This document shows, one piece after another, positions 56,310 to 64,000 of a stretch of 64,000 bases of DNA (within the stretch, counting starts at the first letter, position 1; each line of letters begins with the position of its first letter). Origin of the DNA: Octopus sinensis (Eukaryota); contig NC_043007.1 of the NCBI RefSeq assembly GCF_006345805.1, forward strand, positions 48,236,001 through 48,300,000, written 5' to 3'. A model generated the notes under the pieces. It was given only the letters and a program-made list of their open reading frames with translations, did no database searches and had not been told where the DNA came from. The translations under genes were made by a program, and so were the position numbers.

Positions 56310-57476
56310 TCAGGTCATCCCATAAGAACTGTCTGATATTATTTTACAGAATGATAGAATTAAAATTTCTTTGATTAAAACCCTTTCTAACATGGAAGTA
56401 TCCAAAGAGCATTTGAGGTACATAATGCTCTGAGTGCAAAAAAGGAAACCCTGCAGCCGAAACTACTCGAAACATACACTGAGTTTATGAGAAAGAATGC
56501 TTGAATGAAAGTACTTGCAGAAGATGGTTTGTAAAATTCAGAAGTGGAGATGTCAGCCTTGAAGATGAAGATCGAATAGGACGTCCAGTTGAGTTTGAGC
56601 TCCTTGAGGCATTACTTGAAGAAAATCTTGCATTATCAGTTGAAGAATTGGCAATAAAGCTTAATTCAAACCATACAACTGTTCATCGTCATCTTCAATA
56701 ACTTGGAAAGGTTCCTAAACTTGGAAAATGGGTGCCTCATGAACTGTCCGAAAGCAACCGCAAATCCCGAGTTGACATCTGCTCTTCTCTCCATTCTCGC
56801 AAACTTATTTCACCCTTTTTGAATAGACTTGTGACTGGTGACGAAAAATGGATCTTCTGTCGAAATGTTAAACGTCGTAAACAGTGGCTTGGTAAAAGGG
56901 AAAAGACTCAACCGAGAAGGGAGCTTCATGGAAAAAAGGTTCTTCTCTCTATCTGGTGGCATTGTAATGGAGTAATTCACCTTGAATTGCTACCAACTAA
57001 TGCAACAATCAATGCTCAAATCTACTGTCAGCAATTAGAGTGTTTGAACCAAACTTTGAAGAAGAGACCCGCTTTAGTGAATCGAAAAGAGTGATGTTTC
57101 ATCAGGACAATGCGTGACCTCACACTACAAAGATCACATCACAGAAGATCGAAAAGCTTGGTTGGAAAAAATTCCTCATCCACCTTATTCTTCCGACCTT
57201 GCTCCTTCAGACTACCATTTGTTTCGTAGTTTACAGAATCATTTGGGGGACATAACTTTCGCAAGCCAGGAGGAGGTCGAAACTGACATTTCAGAGTTCT
57301 TCGCTTAGAAACCAACAGAGTTTTACATTGATGGGATTGAACAGCTTGTAAATAAATGGAAGGAAGTCATAGATAATCAAGAAAAGTACATTGATTATTA
57401 AATTTCAATTAAATGTAACAATTGATCACTTGTTTTCTTTATTCAAAATTTGGACAAAACTTATGGGATGACCTGA
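56310..57476 (+). mobile_element. Mariner (DD34D-type), full length, inactivated
   Basis: Terminal tcaggtcatcccataag / cttatgggatgacctga with TA on both sides; WVPHEL, VTGDEKW, HQDNA and HPPYSSDLAPSDYHLF motifs with frameshifts. Confidence 0.95.
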
Positions 57477-57549
<73 letters not shown>

Positions 57550-57550
<1 letters not shown>

Positions 57551-59355
57551 GTTTGACTTTTGCTTTATATTTGTACAAGTTGGCTCCAAGTCTCACCCGG
57601 AGACCTCAAGAGACAACAGGTTGGAAGTTCACGTTGTTGTTATACCTAGTGTGCCATATATTTGGGGCGGGGGTTGTGTTGTACTGGTGGATGTCTAAAG
57701 AAAATGTTTGTTTTAAACCTTGAGATTACATAGAAAGTATTTTGCGTAGGATATGAACAGTTCCCATGAGCACTATCTTTTGAATTTCTGCCATTTGGGG
57801 GTTTCCTGGTATCTGAGTTAGGTAGCAATCAGCCCCTTTCGCTATCATTCCCAGGGCACCTATGACAACAGGTATTGTTTTAATCTTCAGGTTCCACATT
57901 TTGCTGATTTCTATTTCAAGATCTTTATATTTGCTCAGTTTTTGGTAGGTCTTGACAGATACGTTTATATCAATTGGGACAGTCATATCAATGAGGATGC
58001 ATGTTCTTTGTTTGAAGTCTTTCAATATGATGTCTGGCCTATTTGCATCTATCTTTCTGTCAGTTTGAATGGTGAAGTTCCAGAGGAGTGAGATGTGGTC
58101 ATTTTCAAGCACTGGGGGTGGTTTGTGTTCCCACTAGTTTTTTTCATGGGGCAAATCCAGGTTTTTGCAGATTACCCAGTGAATATATTGTGCAGCTCTA
58201 TCATGCCTGTTGAGATACTCTGTAGGCGCTAGAAGACTGCACTTGGAGACCACATGATCAATGGTTTCATTTTGTTGCTGGCATACACGACACGTTGGAC
58301 TACTGCCGATCTTTAATATGTTGGCCTGGTAGTTTCTTGTTGGTAGGCATTGATCTTGAGCTGCTATGATAAACCCCTCTGTTTCAGATTTTAAGCCAGA
58401 GGCCATTAGCCATTGATGGGTCAGGGCTTTGTCAACATCTGCATCATTCGCTCTCTTTGGGTATTTGCCATAGAGAGGTTTTTCTTGCCATTTATCATTC
58501 AGAATATCTAAGGTCGCAGATTTAGCACGGGTTTTCATGCGCTTAGCTTTTTCTGTGTCTGTTTCTTGTATGTCTATCTCTAATTCCGAAATTTGTTGTA
58601 TTCGGAATTCACTTAGATATTCCTTTGCTTGTTTTGTTACTGAGTATGATGCTTTCTTGTTTTCATGTTTTGAGACAAGTTTTAACATCCAGTCCTCAGA
58701 GTTTTTCAGGTAGGTGTCTAGGCCAATTGTAGCAATCTTCATTGTTATTGCCAGTTGTAAAAGTCCACGGCCTCCCTCTTTTCTTGGCAGATAAAGTCGT
58801 TCTGTATCTGCCTTAGGGTGGTGCATTCTATGCATTGTCAACAGTTTTCGTATTTTTCTGTCAAGATTACATATTTCAGTAATTGACCAGTTAACGACGT
58901 TGAAACTGTAAGTCACGACTGGTATGGCTAATGCATTGATCGCTTCGATCCTGTTTCTCGCATTCAGCTCTATCTTGAGTATTGCTCTTACTCTGCGATA
59001 ACATTCTCTCCTGATCCTTTCCTTCATCTCTGAATGTCTTATTCCGTATCCTTCGATTACCCCTAGATACTTGTAGTTCTCCGCTGGGTCTAATTCTTTT
59101 ATGACATTCTGCTGGTCAAGGTTAACGTTGGATGTTTCTGTCATTTTTCCTTTGATAAAGGTAGCTTTTGCACACTTATCGAGGCCAAATTGCATTCTGA
59201 TGTCATCACTGAATTGTTTGACAATCGCTAGTAAGCCCTGGAGTTGTTGGTCATTTTTTGCAAAGAGCTTTAAATCATCCATGTAAATGAGATGATTTAT
59301 ATTTTTATCAAACATTTTATATCCGTACTGCGCGTCATTGAGCAGTTTTGAGCAG

Positions 59356-59356
<1 letters not shown>
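57550..59356 (-). mobile_element. R4/Dong-clade retrotransposon, 5'-truncated and young
   Basis: ORFs 58134-59315 and 57726-58112 share one frame, separated by a single TAG. Motifs: HLIYMDDLKLFAK, CRVC..ETIDHVVSKC, RHD, NRPDI..IDMTVP..KLSKYKDL. (TAA)n on both sides. Confidence 0.95.
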
Positions 59357-59390
<34 letters not shown>

Positions 59391-59391
<1 letters not shown>

Positions 59392-62300
59392 GCCTTTGCA
59401 CAGCTTCTAACACTGGAGATGTATTACAGTGTCAGTTGTTCACTACCAGTGAAATACACTTCCGGTGTATTTGAGCGGTTCCAACCAGTGCTGTTTTCTG
59501 CAAGTGCTCCACCCTTATTGCAGCCACTATTTGTTCCACGTACTTCTCGACATTTTTGTTCACTGTTCCTAGGGCTCTGGAAATTATTGGTACTACTGCT
59601 ACCTTTTTCATCGACCAAAGCTGCTTAACTTCCTAAGCTAACCTGTCATATCTCCCGACTTTTCTTCCTTCCTTATCGCATACCTTGTTGTTAGCTGGGC
59701 ATGCTATATCTATGATCCAGCATAGTTTGTTTTCTTCCTCAGTGAAGACTATGTCCGGCTTCCTATTCTCATAGTCGCACTGAATCATAAAATCCCATCG
59801 GATCTTTTCATTATCATTTTCGATTATGCCTTCGGGTTTACGATCGTAACACTTTTTTTCTGTCAAGTCCATACTTGTTGCAAAGTGTCCAATGCACAAG
59901 CCTGGCTATATTGTCGTGGCGTCTCTTATATTCCTTCTGGGCTAGTGGCGTACATTGGCTGGTGATATGCTATACGGTTTCACCGTTTTGTCCACAGATT
60001 CTGCACTTATTACTTTCTGCTGTGTTGTCTATTCTGAATTTTATGTAGTTTGTTCTTATTGCTTGCTCTTAAGCAGCACAGATTAGAGACTCCGTTTCCG
60101 GTTTTAAATCTCTTTTAGTCATCCACAACCATCTTTTTTCTCTGTCTGTCTTATCTTCAATATCCCTATGAAATTGACCATGCATTCTTTTCTTTACCCA
60201 CCTATTTTAAGTTTCATTCGTTTTCAATTTCTTGTATAGTGCTTTATCTTTGCAATCTTTCATCCTACACAAGCCTGACCTTCTTACTTCTAACAATAGC
60301 GGTTCCGTGGCATTTTTTGCATACCATGCTGTGTTGTTTTCTTCTGCTCTAATGCTGTGTTTGCATCCAATCAGTCCTCTTCCCCCTCTTTTTCTTGGTA
60401 CATACAGTCTGTCTGTGTCACACATTTTGGGTGGAGTGACCCATTTCTAGTTAGCAGCTTCCTTGTCTTTCTGTCTAAGCTGTTTAGTTCGTCTACTGTC
60501 CATGCGATTACCCCTGCTCCATATCTAAGGAGTGAAACCGCCCAGGTGTTGATAGATTCGATCTTATTCCGTCCGTTTAATTTCGACTTCAGGATCAGTC
60601 TCAGTCTGCGTAAGTACTCCACCTTAAATTTTTCTGTCATTTCTTTCTCCATGAATTTATCCATTTCCAATATCTCAAAGTACTTATAACCCGTCTCTTT
60701 TATCTGCTTCATAACCTCCCCGACGGTATCATTAGCCCGTCCATGCATTTGATTTTGCCTCTCTTCAAGACTAACACACCACACTTTCTCAGTCCGTACT
60801 CCATTCTGATATTAGAACTGAAGGTATACACCATATCAACGAGGGAACTGACTTGGGTTTCATCTTTACCATAAAGTTTGAGGTCACCTATGAATAACAA
60901 ATGGTTGACTTTTCGTTGGCGGCTTTTGAATACATACCCAGCATTTGGTTTCCTCAGAATCAGTATTAGTGGCATTAAGCACAGTACAAAGATCAGTGGG
61001 GACATGCAGTCCCCTTAGAAGATGCCCCTCCTAATTTCTATTGTCCCTAAACTTATTCCGTATGCTGTCGGGTCAGTCTTCCGATTCACCATATTTTTTC
61101 CAAGCAATTGCTCAACATTCGATGCAATACCAAATAGATTCATACATTCCATAATCCAAGAATGTGGGATCATATCGTATGCCTTACGATATTGGATCCA
61201 TGACATAGCTAAGTTACTTTTCCTCCTCTTGCGGTCTCTAAGTACAAACAGGATATCGGCCTGTAGTTGTCTACCGTATTGCCTTTTTTTCAAGCACAGC
61301 ACTGTCCTACCCAATGTCAACCACTCTGGTGTTACTTGGCCGGCGTTTAACAAGGTGTTGAGTTGCGCAGCTATTCGTGCATGACATTCACCAAATCTTT
61401 TGATCCAGTAGCTTTGAACTACATCTGGTCCCGGGGCCTTCCAATTGCTCGTTTTTTTTTTGCTGATTTCCTTCACTTCCCTAACTGTTCTGCCTGTTCT
61501 GTTTGTTCTGGACAGACTACTGTTTGTTTCAGTTCTTGCAACCATTGAGCATCCTTCTTGTGCTCCTTGTCTTTGCTCCAGATGTCACTCCAAAACCTTT
61601 GACTTTCAGTGTTATCAGGTATCAACTTTTTATCTGTACACTCTCCATTTTTGTATCTTTGTTCGCTTTTAAGCTCCCCTTTCTCTTTTCGGTCTAACAT
61701 AGTGATTTCCTTTGAGAGCATGTCTAAACTTGCCTGGATTCTTCTTTTCCGCCATGGATTTTTTCTTTTGTCTCTCCCATTGTTTCTTTATCTTGACATC
61801 AAAACATGCGTTTTCTGTTACAACAATACTTGCTGCCTTGATAAAGTTATTCGTTTCTGTGATGTTGTATGTTCTGATGTATTTCAGAATTTCATTGACA
61901 TTTTTCGTTTCTTGGTTCAATTTCCATCTATCAACCTTTTTAAGGTTGCAAATAATGTCGCTATCGTTCTCCTGTAGTCTTACCTTTATTCTGTCGTAGA
62001 TTGCCTTTTGTTCATCTGTCATGTCGCCATTAGTTTGATTGTCTTCTTTTAGATCAACTGCATGTCTCTCATCAAGTAAACTACCACTGCTCACTTCCTG
62101 TGCTATGAGATTACTCTTATTATTAAGAAGTGTATTTTCATTGTTATCTCTGCTGCTATTTTCCATGATCCGTGTTTTGATAGCTTCGAGCTCTACTTCT
62201 GTGAACCAACAGTTTTTCTTATTGCTCTAGCTTGACCACATAGTCTCTGTTCCGTGAGCTGAAACAATCCCTTTTCTCTCCAATGATCATACATACGTTG

Positions 62301-62600
62301 TCGGTAACCCCTAATATGAGCACCATTTTCATCTGCCTGGCTGCTCAGGTAGTAACTCTCCATGACCACAGCATTAATTTGTTTGCTCCATCTACGCCGT
62401 GTGTGGTGGTCTCTTTCTGGATATCGACAGGCTGGAGCCGGACCAGAATCTCTTAGCCTACCGGGTGTAACACTGTCACCATCATTGGCTTCAGATTCAT
62501 TACCACCGGTATTCACAATATTTTGTTTTTTCGTTGTCACTCATATGAGGTAGCGATTGTCAGGTTGCGCAATTACCAGTGTTTTTATTGACACCATCAC
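59391..62600 (-). mobile_element. Near full-length R4/Dong-clade retrotransposon of a second family, frameshifted
   Basis: N-terminal RRRWSKQINAVVMESYYLS..RGYRQRM..TEQRLCGQARAI; WKAPGPDVVQSYWIKRF; YRKAYDMIPHSWI; HLLFIGDLKLYGK; CRIC..H..C; RKPDIV..IIDIACP. The 3' end abuts (TAA)n at 59357-59390. Confidence 0.93.
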
Positions 62601-62867
62601 TAGATGTATCATTATCAGCCCATGAGGAGGGGGAGGAGGCTCCACCCGTTTCCTTTCATTATTTTTATTATTATTATCATCAATGATATCACTGATATTA
62701 TTGTTTTTATGTGTAGTAGCAGCAGTGGTTGCAGCAACAGCAACAGTAGCAGGGATGGGGGTAGTGGTAAGGGTGGTAGTTGGGCCTTAGATTCCTGTGC
62801 TATCATAATAGTAGTGGTTGTAGTATTATTGCAGTGTTAGTAGTATTTAGTATTAGCAGCTGCAGCA

Positions 62868-62936
<69 letters not shown>

Positions 62937-62956
62937 CATCATCATCATCACCATCA

Positions 62957-62990
<34 letters not shown>

Positions 62991-63004
62991 CATTATTATT
63001 ATTA
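62868..63004. repeat. (TTA)n/(TCA)n microsatellite
   Basis: Direct reading. Confidence 0.95.
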
Positions 63005-63170
63005 CTGTGTTATGAATTAAGAATTGATTTCCCAATTGAACAATAAATTGAATTTAGAATAGCAAATTTCTATACAACATATTTTGCTTTTTTCTTCCGA
63101 TATATAAAGAACAATTTCATTCTCGGGCAACGCTAGATGCCTTTGCTGGTATGTATGTACGTGTGTGTGT

Positions 63171-63222
<52 letters not shown>

Positions 63223-63361
63223 TGTGTGTGTGTGTAAGTGTGTGTGTGTGTGTGTGTGTGTTTAACAAGCAAAATGGCTAGTTTTAAAATTTATAAATGA
63301 GATATGAGTAGTAACGATACTGAACAGGTGACTATTCTATCCAGAACTATGTTACTATTTT

Positions 63362-63991
63362 TTGAGAATATAATCTTTAAAATGATTATACCAGTGGCCA
63401 GTGTATAAAAACCACTATATTGGTAAAATTAATATCTAAGTATATAATTATAAAAATATAATTATAATTAAAAGCGTTGGAGGGCCAACGCCAATACGCT
63501 TGAAGGAGATGTCAAATGTCTACAAACCACTCTAAATTTGTTCTTTTTTCACAAATCTGAATGTGAGGATATGAACAAGAATATTTATAAAATTTCGGAC
63601 AACTCTGTATCTTAAGATTTCGTGTTTTGTAATAAGAATTACTTTCACTCTTCAGTAGAAATATACCGACAATTTATAAGTGAAAAATATATATACATAC
63701 CGATAAATACTTGCGTACAAATATCAATATATACATACATTTCCCACGTATACATTATATCTAATCGCCCATCTCAGTCATGTGGTTATTGTCAGAATAG
63801 TGCCGGATCAAATATAATTTAGAGTAGTTTGTACACATTTGACATCTACTCCTAACGTATTTGGTGTTGTCCCCCCAGCGCCCTTAACTATGATTATATA
63901 TTTATAATTATACTTAAATATTAATTTTATCGATATGGTGGTTCTCATACGCAAGCCACTGGTATAATCATTTTAATGATTATATTCTCAA
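63362..63991. mobile_element. Foldback/MITE-like element with ~180-bp imperfect TIRs
   Basis: 63362-63540 is a reverse complement of 63815-63991 (aaaatgattataccagtggc / gccactggtataatcatttt; gatgtcaaatgt.tacaaac.actctaaatt / aatttagagtagtttgtacacatttgacatc). Confidence 0.75.
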
Positions 63992-64000
63992 TTTATATGC

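Overview
Eukaryotic, AT-rich, microsatellite-dense DNA made almost entirely of nested, decayed transposable elements. The SINE/LINE repertoire and repeat style suggest a coleoid cephalopod such as Octopus (inference from recall, not searched). I find no intact host gene, tRNA/rRNA gene or CRISPR array; most ORFs in the track are microsatellite artefacts or broken TE frames. Supported content: non-autonomous Helitrons (A|TC...hairpin-CTAG|T) and a decayed autonomous RepHel; LINE fragments of the RTE, L1/Tx1, CR1 and R4/Dong clades; a Penelope-like element (RT + GIY-YIG); four mariner copies and a maT-like remnant; a hAT/Charlie element with a perfect 8-bp TSD splitting an RTE; two tRNA-derived SINE families and an RTE-tailed SINE. 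Most interesting structures: (i) a 1,269-bp tandem duplication in which each unit carries a minimal type I hammerhead ribozyme motif with a palindromic helix III, a retrozyme-like layout; (ii) a 2.35-kb near-perfect palindrome of two head-to-head Helitrons ending exactly at their CTAG termini; (iii) two different R4/Dong elements in tandem in (TAA)n; (iv) several foldback and inverted pLTR-like structures. Coordinates were counted by hand and may be off by a few bases; identities are estimates by eye.
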